Counted from the first letter of the stretch, positions 18,098 to 26,826 are shown. The stretch: DNA of 32,000 nucleotides from Vibrio vulnificus CMCP6 (GCF_000039765.1 NC_004460.2:810001-842000); one strand, 5' to 3'. The notes: a model not told the origin generated them from the sequence alone. Numbers and translations: made by a program.

Positions 18098-18763
18098 ATG
18101 TTGTCAGCAACGGACAGGACTCAAATTAAAAAAGCGGCACGTAAAGCAGTACACGATGTAGAGCAGTTACATCGGATCATTGATGAAAGCTTGATTGCTC
18201 ACATCGCCATTTCGGATGCCTCGGGACCCATTGTCATCCCGATGCTTGCTTGGCGTGTCGACAACCAAGTCTATATTCATGGCGCACGAAACAGCCGCTT
18301 AATCAAAGCGCTGAGATCAGGGCAAAACACCTGCCTCACTTTTACTTTATTTGATGGCTGGGTGTTGGCACGCTCTGCCTTTCACCACAGTGCCCACTAC
18401 CGAAGCGCGGTGGTTTTTGGTCAATTTAATGTGATAGAAGAGAATGCAGAAAAGGATCGTTTGTTGAATCATTTTATTGAGCAGATTGCCCCCGGTCGCA
18501 CCGAGCAGGTTCGCTTAAGTAACGAAAAAGAGCTCAATGCCACCGAACTGCTCGCCATCGGGTTGGAAGAAGCTTCAGTAAAAATCAGTGCATTTGGTGT
18601 CAATGACGACAGCAGCGATCTCGATCGCCCCGTTTGGGCGGGCATCTTACCCTACCGAACCGTTGTCGGGCCATTAGTGGGTGTCGAAGAACAACAAGGC
18701 AGTATCGCGCAACCCGATTACAGTCATGCCTATGGCACTCGTTGGCATCAAGCTTCTCGTTGA
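18098..18763 (+). CDS. Pyridoxamine 5'-phosphate oxidase-related (FMN-binding split barrel) protein
   Basis: IIDESLIAHIAISDASGPIVIPMLAWRVDNQVYIHGARNSRLIKAL...TLFDGWVLARSAFHHSAHYRSAVVFG; good RBS (GGGAG) before the ATG at 18098. Confidence 0.88.
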   Translation: MLSATDRTQIKKAARKAVHDVEQLHRIIDESLIAHIAISDASGPIVIPMLAWRVDNQVYIHGARNSRLIKALRSGQNTCLTFTLFDGWVLARSAFHHSAHYRSAVVFGQFNVIEENAEKDRLLNHFIEQIAPGRTEQVRLSNEKELNATELLAIGLEEASVKISAFGVNDDSSDLDRPVWAGILPYRTVVGPLVGVEEQQGSIAQPDYSHAYGTRWHQASR

Positions 18764-18793
18764 GCGCGCTTGCACCTGCCAGTGATTTTTATC

Positions 18794-18808
18794 TGGCTAA
18801 TTTAGCCA
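18794..18808. repeat. 7-bp inverted repeat with 1-nt centre
   Basis: TGGCTAA-T-TTAGCCA in the convergent intergenic region. Confidence 0.7.
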
Positions 18809-18818
18809 AGCATGTTGA

Positions 18819-18861
18819 CCATTAACCACAGAATATCAGCGATTTTTCTTGTGGTTAATGG
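18819..18861. repeat. 11-bp perfect inverted repeat with 21-nt spacer overlapping the kinase stop codon
   Basis: CCATTAACCAC ... GTGGTTAATGG. Confidence 0.8.
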
Positions 18862-20255
18862 AACGCTTTATCGATTCGAGCTTGATATTTCTTAAAGGCT
18901 TCGTCATCACAAGGCGACGCATTGTCACCATTGTTTTGATTAGGGATCAAGATGCTAAATCGCGCCCCACCCAAATGGCTATCATCGACAGAAAGGTGCC
19001 AGCCTAAACGTTTCGCCGCGCTTGACGCAATCGCCAGTCCAAGACCAAATCCACCAGAGTTGGCATTGCGACTTTGATCTAAACGCGCAAAAGCAATGAA
19101 GATCTCGTCACGTTTATCCAGCGGAATGCCTGGACCATCATCTTCAACGTCAATACACCAGCAGCAATCGAAATCGCGTAGTGTGACGTCTACTCTGCCA
19201 TGACCATAGCGGGCCGCGTTTTTAATCAGGTTATCGAGCACCAATTTGGCTAACGTCGATTCAAACACCATCACGTCGCTGCGGCGGATGCCGTCAGTCT
19301 TCACATCTCCCAAACCGTTGGACATCAACCTTGTGCGACACTCGCAAAACGCCAATAACGATTTCTCTATGCGCATGCTCTCACGATACTCTTTTGTCAG
19401 CGCATTGAGGCGCGAGAGCTGAATGACGTCAGTGGTCAGCTCGTTGATATCTTCTATGTACTCATCAATATCGTCAAAAAGTCGCTGCTGCTCGGCGGGC
19501 ACTTTTCGGCGCACGAGATCGGAAGCCATTTGAATACGGCTGAGTGGCGTGCGAATTTCATGCGGTATTGCCTGAGAAAAAATCTGGCTCTGTTTGACGC
19601 GGCTTTCGATCTCTTCCGCCATCATATTAAAACTGACGGAAGCTTCATGCAGCGGTGACGTGTTGTAGATCTCTGAGCGCACACTCAATTCCCCTTCCCC
19701 AAAGCGCTTTTGCAATGCCACTAAGCGATCTACCCTCTTTCTCACGCGATAGAGAGGCACATAAACCAACAAGGCGAGTGATAGCGCCATCGTGGTCACC
19801 AACATCAGCAAAAATTTGATTTCCGAATCTTCATACCACTCGATATTGGGACTAAAGAAATCGCGTGTTTCTTTAAACACTAAGCTATGGCGAGAGTTTG
19901 GCAGAGGGAATACCGCCAGATAGACGTTTTCTTCGGTGATATAAATTGGCACGGCTTGCAACGTATCCAGCAGTCTGCAGCCATCACAGGGGGGAGAGCC
20001 ATCCCAATTGTCGAGCAAATAGAGTTCAAAAATGTAGAACTTCTGATAATGATTGCGTGCCAGTGCGGAAAATTGAGAATCCGCTTTGGTGCGTTGCTCG
20101 GTATAGAGATCAACAAAGTAGCTGCCATCATTGAGGAAGATTTCAAGATCGGTCTGCCGCATATAATCTTCAGCGAAGTAGAGAAACACAGCGACCGTGA
20201 CAAACAGCCCAATCACCAGCTCCAAATAGAGACAAGTGAACATCGAACGGCGCAT
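18855..20255 (-). CDS. Sensor histidine kinase, RstB-like
   Basis: Two TM segments, periplasmic domain, HAMP-like RFGEGELSVRSEI, H box IPHEIRTPLSRIQMASDL, N box LVLDNLIKNAARYG, DDGPGIP, GGFGLGLAI. Confidence 0.92.
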   Translation of the reverse strand: MRRSMFTCLYLELVIGLFVTVAVFLYFAEDYMRQTDLEIFLNDGSYFVDLYTEQRTKADSQFSALARNHYQKFYIFELYLLDNWDGSPPCDGCRLLDTLQAVPIYITEENVYLAVFPLPNSRHSLVFKETRDFFSPNIEWYEDSEIKFLLMLVTTMALSLALLVYVPLYRVRKRVDRLVALQKRFGEGELSVRSEIYNTSPLHEASVSFNMMAEEIESRVKQSQIFSQAIPHEIRTPLSRIQMASDLVRRKVPAEQQRLFDDIDEYIEDINELTTDVIQLSRLNALTKEYRESMRIEKSLLAFCECRTRLMSNGLGDVKTDGIRRSDVMVFESTLAKLVLDNLIKNAARYGHGRVDVTLRDFDCCWCIDVEDDGPGIPLDKRDEIFIAFARLDQSRNANSGGFGLGLAIASSAAKRLGWHLSVDDSHLGGARFSILIPNQNNGDNASPCDDEAFKKYQARIDKAFH

Positions 20256-20959
20256 TAATGGGTGCCTACTAGCATATATCCGCGATTGCGGATGGTTTTG
20301 ATCACCGCACTTTGTACATTCGCTTGCTGTAACTTTCTTCTTAAGCCCGAGACACGCATATCGATAGAACGATTGTTAAAACTGTATTCAATACCACGTG
20401 CAGCCTGACAGCAGTCATCTCGCGTTACCACTTGATCGATGCTGGCAATAAGAAGCTGTAAGATTTCAAATTCCGACGTTGTTAAGTTAAGTGGTTTATC
20501 AAGATAAGCGGCACTTTGCATTTTTTCGTTAATGCTCAGCCCATACACTTGCTTGATATACGACGGGCTGTCGCTCGGAGATTGAACGCCTCGCTGTAAA
20601 CGCCTCAATAGCGCTTCGATGCGAGCCACCAGCACATGCCCTCGCACGGGCTTAGTCACGTAATCGTCCGCACCAAACTTGAATAGGCACACTTCGCTCA
20701 TCTCATCTTCTGAGGCCGTCAACACCATGATCATGCCCTGATAGAAGTGACGAATTTCTTTACAGATGGTTGCGCCGTCCTTGCCCGGCAACATCAAGTC
20801 GAGTAGTACAATATGCGGCTCATAGGACTTCACTGTCTCTGCGGCATGAGTACCTTCATGAATGACTTTCACTTGATAACCTTCTGCATCTAAATACATT
20901 TTGGTCAATCTCGCGATTTCCAAGTCATCTTCAATCAGTAGAATTTTGCAATCCAACAA
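20255..20959 (-). CDS. OmpR/RstA-like response regulator
   Basis: ILLIEDDLEIARLTKMYLDAEGYQVKV...IVLLDLMLPGKDGATICKEIR...FGADDYVTKP plus winged helix ending VIKTIRNRGYMLV. TTG start as given; the exact start is uncertain. Confidence 0.93.
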   Translation of the reverse strand: MLDCKILLIEDDLEIARLTKMYLDAEGYQVKVIHEGTHAAETVKSYEPHIVLLDLMLPGKDGATICKEIRHFYQGMIMVLTASEDEMSEVCLFKFGADDYVTKPVRGHVLVARIEALLRRLQRGVQSPSDSPSYIKQVYGLSINEKMQSAAYLDKPLNLTTSEFEILQLLIASIDQVVTRDDCCQAARGIEYSFNNRSIDMRVSGLRRKLQQANVQSAVIKTIRNRGYMLVGTH

Positions 20960-21039
20960 AACGATACACCCAGTCTATAAATCCGCGCGCAGTATATAGG
21001 AAAGATTGGCGAAGGCAAAAACAAAAGGTCAAATAATTG

Positions 21040-21058
21040 ACTCGTCAAAAAGACGAGT
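21040..21058. repeat. Hairpin nested inside an outer 6-bp inverted repeat
   Basis: ACTCGTC-aaaaa-GACGAGT (21040-21058), flanked by AGGTCA (21026-21031) and TGACCT (21069-21074). Confidence 0.75.
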
Positions 21059-21203
21059 TACGCTTACATGACCTTACATTAGTGGAGGACTTTATAAAAC
21101 CAAACCATCTACACAGATCATACACCTAATAAACCAACCAATCGCTTATACGTTAAAATTTAACGCCAAAAATAAATTGAATTTCAGAATTAAATGCCAA
21201 GGC

Positions 21204-21239
21204 AATTTGTAAGCAATCCGGGCTTATTGCTTACAAATT
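21204..21239. repeat. 14-bp perfect inverted repeat, 8-nt loop
   Basis: AATTTGTAAGCAAT-ccgggctt-ATTGCTTACAAATT in the divergent intergenic region. Confidence 0.9.
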
Positions 21240-21344
21240 CAAATATCCAGCCACCACTGAATCCAAGCGCATAGCTGCACATTACATTGACTCAAGGTAT
21301 GATTCGCACCCATCCATTTCCCCATTCCATTTGAGAGTACTATT

Positions 21345-22049
21345 GTGCGAAAACAACTCCAATCTGTAGCGCTATTCTCGGTTGCTGCAATGCTTACTGC
21401 GTGTGGCTCTGTCGCCATCATGTCCAAATCAGATTTGGTGAAACAACAACCTGAATTGATCATCAAAACGGATGGTGATTTTTGGGGGCTAGGCCAAGAA
21501 GGTACGTTTGATCTCGCCGGTTTGTATAACGGCCAATACTCTCGTCATGCTTCCAATTCTTCATGGTTTGATACCATCTCGACCTCAAAAGGCGAGATGG
21601 CTGCCAATATCACCAACACCCAAAATAACCAGATGTGGACTATGAGTTGTTCAGGCGGTGGCACGAACGTGAACTACATGGGCGTTCAATTTGGTGGCAA
21701 CAAGCCGTATCAGTGCACCATTTTCCAAGCAGGTGAACAAGTGGGTCAGTTCATCATGCAAGAGAAATCGGCGGTGATCGATTTGGGTCTAGAAAAGAAA
21801 GAAACAGGCTACATTGAAGTGGGCCACACTCGCTTTGAACTCGAAACTGTGCATACGGGTGAAGGGCTACTGATGCCGCTTGAATCTCCGCTTGGCTACA
21901 GTTTTAAGCACAATGGCCGTGAAATTGCTGCCGTACAAACCAACGGCATGCTGACGGTGCAATGGCTACCTGAACTGACAAGCCATGAAAAAGACGTGCT
22001 CGCTATTGGCGCGATCGCCGGAGCACTAAGCTGGCGTCCACAAGAATAA
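21345..22049 (+). CDS. Hypothetical lipoprotein
   Basis: GTG start; lipobox-like MLTAC after hydrophobic leader (MRKQLQSVALFSVAAMLTACGS), 234 aa, no family recognised. Confidence 0.82.
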   Translation: MRKQLQSVALFSVAAMLTACGSVAIMSKSDLVKQQPELIIKTDGDFWGLGQEGTFDLAGLYNGQYSRHASNSSWFDTISTSKGEMAANITNTQNNQMWTMSCSGGGTNVNYMGVQFGGNKPYQCTIFQAGEQVGQFIMQEKSAVIDLGLEKKETGYIEVGHTRFELETVHTGEGLLMPLESPLGYSFKHNGREIAAVQTNGMLTVQWLPELTSHEKDVLAIGAIAGALSWRPQE

Positions 22050-22101
22050 ACACTCGCCTCTGTTGAATGCATCAACATCAGGATGGGCCCTATATTCTGT
22101 T

Positions 22102-23160
22102 TTAATAGACATCGTGGAAACGCTGCCGATACTGCGCTGGCGTCACTCCACGATGTTTTTTGAACATTCGATTGAAACTCGCCACATTGGTATAGCCTAA
22201 ACGCTGCGCAATCACCTCAATCTCAGCGCCGTGCGCGAGCAAGTTAACCGCTTGGTTACTCAATACATAGCCGCAAACCGTTGAAAAGTTTAATCCCAAA
22301 CGATGCAAACGCCGCTGTAACTGTTGTTCAGATATGGACATCAAGTCCGCCACACGTTTCAGCGTCGGTAACCCATAATGACAGCTGTAGTTAACCAGCT
22401 CATAGATGGATTTCAGTTCGTCATCCGGCACAGGCATATTGAGCAAGTCATCTAAATCAGAGAAGTTCATGGCAAGGCGCTTGTTCGCCACCAGCTTCTT
22501 TTGTCTGACGGCCAGTCGATCGTCCGAATGTAACCAAACTTCGGTTTTATTGTGGTTCCACCCGACTTCGCAGCCAAAATACTCTTGGTATAACGCACGA
22601 TGAGTGCGAGAGCCTGAAAGCATCACTCGACGCGGGGTAAAATCCTCACCTAAGTATTCACGGACGATTTTGGTCATAAACACCGCCACGCGTATGCTGT
22701 CATGCACTTTCACATCGGGATGAATGAAGGGGTTTTCGTAGGTCCATTTAACCAGCGGCCCGACTTGCGAGCCAGCGAGAAACGCACCAGATTGCAGACA
22801 GCCTATTCCGTAGTTAATGCGTCGAATGGTGGTCGATAAATCGTAGCCTGAGAAAAGCCAACGCCCCACAGCACCCAACTTTTCAATGTCCACCTCTTTG
22901 GTCAATTTCAGGATGAAATCCGCCTCAGTAAAACGTTCTAAGTTCGCGTATAAACGGTTCAATTCCGGCAATGGAATCAGGTTCATGGTGTTATGAAATA
23001 CGGAATCAGGAAGACCGATTTGTGCCTGAGACAAGCCGTAGAGGCGCTTGGCATTGAGCTGCAAGTTAACAATAGAGATCGCACGAACAAAGCGAACAGA
23101 TTTAATATCCACGAAAACAGATCGCATCAAATTTAAATAAATAATGAAGTAATCTGTCAC
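22102..23160 (-). CDS. AraC family transcriptional regulator
   Basis: C-terminal VADLMSISEQQLQRRLHRLGLNFSTVCGYVL...EIEVIAQRLGYTNVASFNRMFKKHRGVTPAQYRQ. GTG start in the track; an internal ATG at 23127 is an alternative. Confidence 0.92.
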   Translation of the reverse strand: MTDYFIIYLNLMRSVFVDIKSVRFVRAISIVNLQLNAKRLYGLSQAQIGLPDSVFHNTMNLIPLPELNRLYANLERFTEADFILKLTKEVDIEKLGAVGRWLFSGYDLSTTIRRINYGIGCLQSGAFLAGSQVGPLVKWTYENPFIHPDVKVHDSIRVAVFMTKIVREYLGEDFTPRRVMLSGSRTHRALYQEYFGCEVGWNHNKTEVWLHSDDRLAVRQKKLVANKRLAMNFSDLDDLLNMPVPDDELKSIYELVNYSCHYGLPTLKRVADLMSISEQQLQRRLHRLGLNFSTVCGYVLSNQAVNLLAHGAEIEVIAQRLGYTNVASFNRMFKKHRGVTPAQYRQRFHDVY

Positions 23161-23222
23161 AAACTAAGTGAGTTATCAATTCCTGAACACAATAGCGCAA
23201 AAATCGAATACAGGAGAATTGA

Positions 23223-23558
23223 ATGAGTCTACTTAGTGTGCCGTTCGTTGGAACGGGCGCGGATACTGCCTTGCATGTGATGGCTACCGTCGTATTGGTC
23301 GCAAGTGTTGCGGCAGCGGGATTTGGCTTTTGGAAGATTCACGAGCTCCCCATCAATAAAGCACACAGTAAAGATCATCATCAAATCGGACTCATCACCG
23401 CCCTCACATGGATTGGATTTATTTGGCACTGGGTTTGGGTGCTGGCCGTTATTCTCGCTTTTGTCGACATGGACAAGGCGATTATTCATTTACGTGACAC
23501 TTGGAAAGGCACACCCGAAACCGATGCCCAACAGCAGGAGCAGGAGAACGCGAAATGA
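23223..23558 (+). CDS. Small inner-membrane protein, YiaW/DUF3302-like
   Basis: KIHELPINKAHSKDHHQIGLITALTWIGFIWHWVWVLAVILAFVD, directly coupled to an HlyD-like gene as in E. coli yiaWV. Confidence 0.75.
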   Translation: MSLLSVPFVGTGADTALHVMATVVLVASVAAAGFGFWKIHELPINKAHSKDHHQIGLITALTWIGFIWHWVWVLAVILAFVDMDKAIIHLRDTWKGTPETDAQQQEQENAK

Positions 23559-24778
23559 TTGAAGGTTTAGCGGTATGGGCGCTGTTCATCTATTTGCTAC
23601 GCATGGTGGGCATGCCTTGGAACAAAGGGACGAAAGCTTTTGCTTACATGAGCGGCGTCTCTTGGTTAATGTTTGTTTGGGTTGGGTTGATCAATTTCAC
23701 GCCGATGGACATTTCTGGCGGCTCGGTGGTGCAATCGCCACACATTCAATTGCGCCCGGACTCCAGCAACGTCAACGGTAAAGTTGAAAAAATCTACATT
23801 TCGCCCAATCAAGAGCTCAGCAAAGGTCAGCTCATTTACCAACTGGATGATACGCCCTATCAAATTGCGCTCAACCAAGCCAAAGTGACAAGCCAAGCAG
23901 CGCAAGTGGCTCTTAAAGTCGCACAAGAAGACATCGCCATTGCTCAAGCAAGCCATGAGGCGGCGTTGCAAGACCTAGAAACATCAAAAAGTCAGTTAGC
24001 AGCAGCGAAAGCCGATCATCAGTTGCAAGCCAAAACATTAACGCGATACGTCGAACAAAACCGAGTGGTGAAGAACACCATCACGCAGAATGACATCGAC
24101 AAGCAGACAACGGCAGTGGAACTGGCTAAACAGAACATTGCAACGTTGCAATCGTCCTTGAAGAAGAAAGAAGTCGATGCAAGCCGCGCAAAACTCGACA
24201 TTACCAAGGCTGAGTTGGCCGTCGAAACCCGCACAGCCGATCTTGCCAAGGCGAAAGAGCAAGTTGCACGCGCGCAATGGGATCTTGACAGCACATTGGT
24301 TTACGCACCAGCCGATGGCTTTGTCACCAACTTCATCTTGCGTGAAGGGCAACGTGTTTCCATGATGCCAAGGCTGCAAATGTACACCAACGAAAAGTAC
24401 GTTTTGATGCGTGTTAATCACCAAGCCATTCGCAATGTCAAACCAGGGCAAATGGCGGAGTTCGCCTCTTCGGTCTACCCCGGAAAAATTTTCTCCGCAG
24501 AAGTCGAAGGCATTGTGGAAGCTACTGGAGAAGCGCAAGGCAACCTGCTTGGTTGGGATGACTCAGTGCGCATAACCACTGGCAAAAACCTCGCTAACAA
24601 GCATCACTTTGTGCGTTTAAAAATTGATGAACCAGAAGGCTACGACTTGCCTGTCGGTTCAGTGGGCTTGGCATGGGTCAGCGGAGAAAAGCCCATTGGC
24701 TTCCTCGCTTTCTTAGACGTGATTCGCGGCATCATTATCCGCATGAAATCTCAGTTGTACTTTTTCTACTCCATCTAA
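23555..24778 (+). CDS. HlyD/EmrA-type membrane fusion protein (YiaV-like)
   Basis: VEKIYISPNQELSKGQLIYQLDDTPYQIALNQAK..., YAPADGFVTNFILREGQRVS, C-term VIRGIIIRMKSQLYFFYSI. ATG overlaps the previous stop (ATGA); track start 23501 is too long. Confidence 0.93.
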   Translation: MIEGLAVWALFIYLLRMVGMPWNKGTKAFAYMSGVSWLMFVWVGLINFTPMDISGGSVVQSPHIQLRPDSSNVNGKVEKIYISPNQELSKGQLIYQLDDTPYQIALNQAKVTSQAAQVALKVAQEDIAIAQASHEAALQDLETSKSQLAAAKADHQLQAKTLTRYVEQNRVVKNTITQNDIDKQTTAVELAKQNIATLQSSLKKKEVDASRAKLDITKAELAVETRTADLAKAKEQVARAQWDLDSTLVYAPADGFVTNFILREGQRVSMMPRLQMYTNEKYVLMRVNHQAIRNVKPGQMAEFASSVYPGKIFSAEVEGIVEATGEAQGNLLGWDDSVRITTGKNLANKHHFVRLKIDEPEGYDLPVGSVGLAWVSGEKPIGFLAFLDVIRGIIIRMKSQLYFFYSI

Positions 24779-24782
24779 TCAT

Positions 24783-24812
24783 TAAGACCGCACTAAGCGG
24801 TCTTACCTCTTT
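24783..24812 (+). terminator. Rho-independent terminator
   Basis: TAAGACCGC-actaa-GCGGTCTTA then CCTCTTT; modest T content. Confidence 0.65.
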
Positions 24813-24919
24813 CCTTCTCAACACTTTATTTTATCGACCTCCTTTGAAATCCCCGCAGTTTCCAGTACCTTATCCAACATTATAATTTTCATTGTTTTTA
24901 TTTTTTCGGGGGATACTTT

Positions 24920-26266
24920 GTGAGCGAATATCAGGATCTACCCTTACTGATCGAGCAGATTGCACAAGCAGAAGATGCTGAGCAGATCGTTTTGCTCAAC
25001 GATTCCATCGAGCATGGTCTCGAATCCGGCTCGATTGCACTGATTTTAGAATCGCAACCCGTTGATGATCGTGTGCGCTTGTGGCGTGCTTTGCCATTGG
25101 AAATGCACATTGATGTACTAACCGACATGCGTGCCGACGCGCGCTATTCCGTCATCAATGCCTTATCTGAGATAGAACTCAAACTCACCTTAGCGAAACT
25201 TGATAACCTTTCGTTGATCGAATGGGCAGATTCATTGCCTGAAGAGATCATCAACGAAGCACTGTCGTTGATTCAAAAAGATGAACTTGAACTGTTCGAC
25301 TTAGCGAACAAATACGGTGATGACGAGCTAGGCCGTTGGGCTGAGCGAAAAATCATTACCTTACCGTTTAATATCTCTGTTGATCGCGCAAAACGATTGA
25401 TGGAAAAATACAGTTTTGACACGCCGCAGCAAGTCTATCTCATCAATAAAAAGAAACAGTTTCGGGGCGTTGTGAATTACTACGAAATTTTGCGTAGCGA
25501 AGGCCATACCGTACTCAAGAATTTAGTGATTGACCCTGTCATTCTGCTAAGTAGTAAGATGGCGCTGGCGGAAGCCGTCGAAGCCGTCGAGCACAGCTCC
25601 TTACCTGCACTTCCTGTGGTTGATGAAGACCAAACACTGATTGGCGAGGTCGATTGGCAGTTTGCCCTCACCACACAAAGGGAAATTTACGAAGCGCGTT
25701 TAATGGCTGGTACGGGTATGGACGAAGGGGACGATCTCTTCGCGCCAGTCATCAAAAGTTCGAAAAAACGCGGTGTATGGCTCGGGATTAACTTGCTCAC
25801 CGCGATACTTGCCTCTGTCACCATTGGTCTGTTTGAAGACGTGATAGCGCAAGTGGTGGCGCTGGCAGTGTTGATGCCGATAGTCGCTTCCATGGGGGGC
25901 ATTGCCGGTAGCCAAACCTTAACACTGATGGTTCGTGCTATGGCGCTCAATCAGATCACGCCAGGTAACCGCTTTGCCTTGTTCAAAAACGAATTCGGCA
26001 TTGGTGCGATAAATGGCTTGCTTTGGGCGATCATCATCGGCGGGCTTGCGGCTCTTTGGTTCCAGTCCCCTCTCCTTGGCGGAACCATCGCATTAGCGAT
26101 TATCGTTAATATTATTACCGCGGCGATGTTTGGCGTGCTGATTCCAATCATTCTCGACAAATTGGATCTTGATCCTGCACTGGCAGGTTCCGTGATTCTC
26201 ACTACCGTCACGGATGTGGTTGGTTTCTTTGCCTTTCTTGGCACTGCCAGTTTGGTTTTGCTTTAA
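24920..26266 (+). CDS. mgtE: Magnesium transporter MgtE
   Basis: MgtE N-domain, CBS domains, and ASVTIGLFEDVIAQVVALAVLMPIVASMGGIAGSQTLTLMVRA transmembrane signature; GTG start. Confidence 0.94.
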   Translation: MSEYQDLPLLIEQIAQAEDAEQIVLLNDSIEHGLESGSIALILESQPVDDRVRLWRALPLEMHIDVLTDMRADARYSVINALSEIELKLTLAKLDNLSLIEWADSLPEEIINEALSLIQKDELELFDLANKYGDDELGRWAERKIITLPFNISVDRAKRLMEKYSFDTPQQVYLINKKKQFRGVVNYYEILRSEGHTVLKNLVIDPVILLSSKMALAEAVEAVEHSSLPALPVVDEDQTLIGEVDWQFALTTQREIYEARLMAGTGMDEGDDLFAPVIKSSKKRGVWLGINLLTAILASVTIGLFEDVIAQVVALAVLMPIVASMGGIAGSQTLTLMVRAMALNQITPGNRFALFKNEFGIGAINGLLWAIIIGGLAALWFQSPLLGGTIALAIIVNIITAAMFGVLIPIILDKLDLDPALAGSVILTTVTDVVGFFAFLGTASLVLL

Positions 26267-26310
26267 GCGGCCATCACCGCATTAAGGACCTTGACCTCAA
26301 GGTGAAAGTA

Positions 26311-26337
26311 AACGGAAGCTCGAAGCTTCCGTTTTTT
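26311..26337 (+). terminator. Rho-independent terminator after mgtE
   Basis: AACGGAAGCT-cga-AGCTTCCGTT-TTTT. Confidence 0.93.
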
Positions 26338-26486
26338 ATTCCGTTGTTCTGCCTTTGACTTTATCAACCCAAACCACACTGACATCACACTCCCTCACTG
26401 GGCTAAACACCTCACCCAATTTATAAATAGATTCATTATTAGCTTTAGTTATTACACCACCCTATCAATAGCGTTTTAATTATAAA

Positions 26487-26499
26487 TTGCAAAACGCAA
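26487..26499. promoter_or_regulatory. Putative LuxO binding site 1
   Basis: TTGCAAAACGCAA; one mismatch to TTGCANNNTGCAA. Confidence 0.7.
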
Positions 26500-26512
26500 T
26501 TGCAATTTGCAA
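26500..26512. promoter_or_regulatory. Putative LuxO binding site 2
   Basis: TTGCAATTTGCAA; perfect match to TTGCANNNTGCAA, directly abutting site 1. Confidence 0.85.
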
Positions 26513-26584
26513 TCACCTCAGAAAACTAAGCAACCAATGTCACAGAAACCATGGTAAAAACGCGGAATTTGGCGCTAAAAAAAG

Positions 26585-26600
26585 TTGGCACGCTTTCTGC
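26585..26600 (+). promoter_or_regulatory. Sigma-54 (-24/-12) promoter for the Qrr sRNA
   Basis: TTGGCACGCTTTCTGC: GG and GC doublets separated by exactly 10 nt, about 12 nt upstream of the predicted RNA start. Confidence 0.9.
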
Positions 26601-26611
26601 TTATATAAACG

Positions 26612-26719
26612 TGACCCTTATTAAGCCGAGGGTCACCTAGCCAACTGACGTTGTTAGTGAACTTGATTTGTTCACATGTATATAAGCCAATCGCACCTTT
26701 TGCGGTTGGCTCTTTTTTT
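26612..26719 (+). ncRNA. qrr: Qrr quorum-regulatory small RNA
   Basis: TGACCCTTATTAAGCCGAGGGTCACCTAGCCAACTGACGTTGTTAGTGAAC contains the conserved Qrr core; three stem-loops, last one AGCCAATCGCA...TGCGGTTGGCT + T7 is the terminator. Confidence 0.95.
26685..26719 (+). terminator. Intrinsic terminator of the Qrr sRNA
   Basis: AGCCAAtCGCA-cctttt-TGCGgTTGGCT-cTTTTTTT. Confidence 0.93.
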
Positions 26720-26826
26720 ATCTATCCGCTCTAACTTCCCTACGAAACACTTTCCTTTCTTTGTCAAATTCTCTTAGGCTATCGAGAGATTCATTATTCA
26801 AAAGCCATCATTGCAATCCATCCGTC

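Noticed and set aside
25951-26244. 97-aa minus-strand ORF inside mgtE
   Set aside because: Antisense shadow of a confidently coding frame; composition (P/S/T/R-rich) is typical of non-coding frames.
26288-26303. ACCTTG-acct-CAAGGT hairpin after mgtE
   Set aside because: Short stem immediately before the clear mgtE terminator; not enough to propose a separate element.
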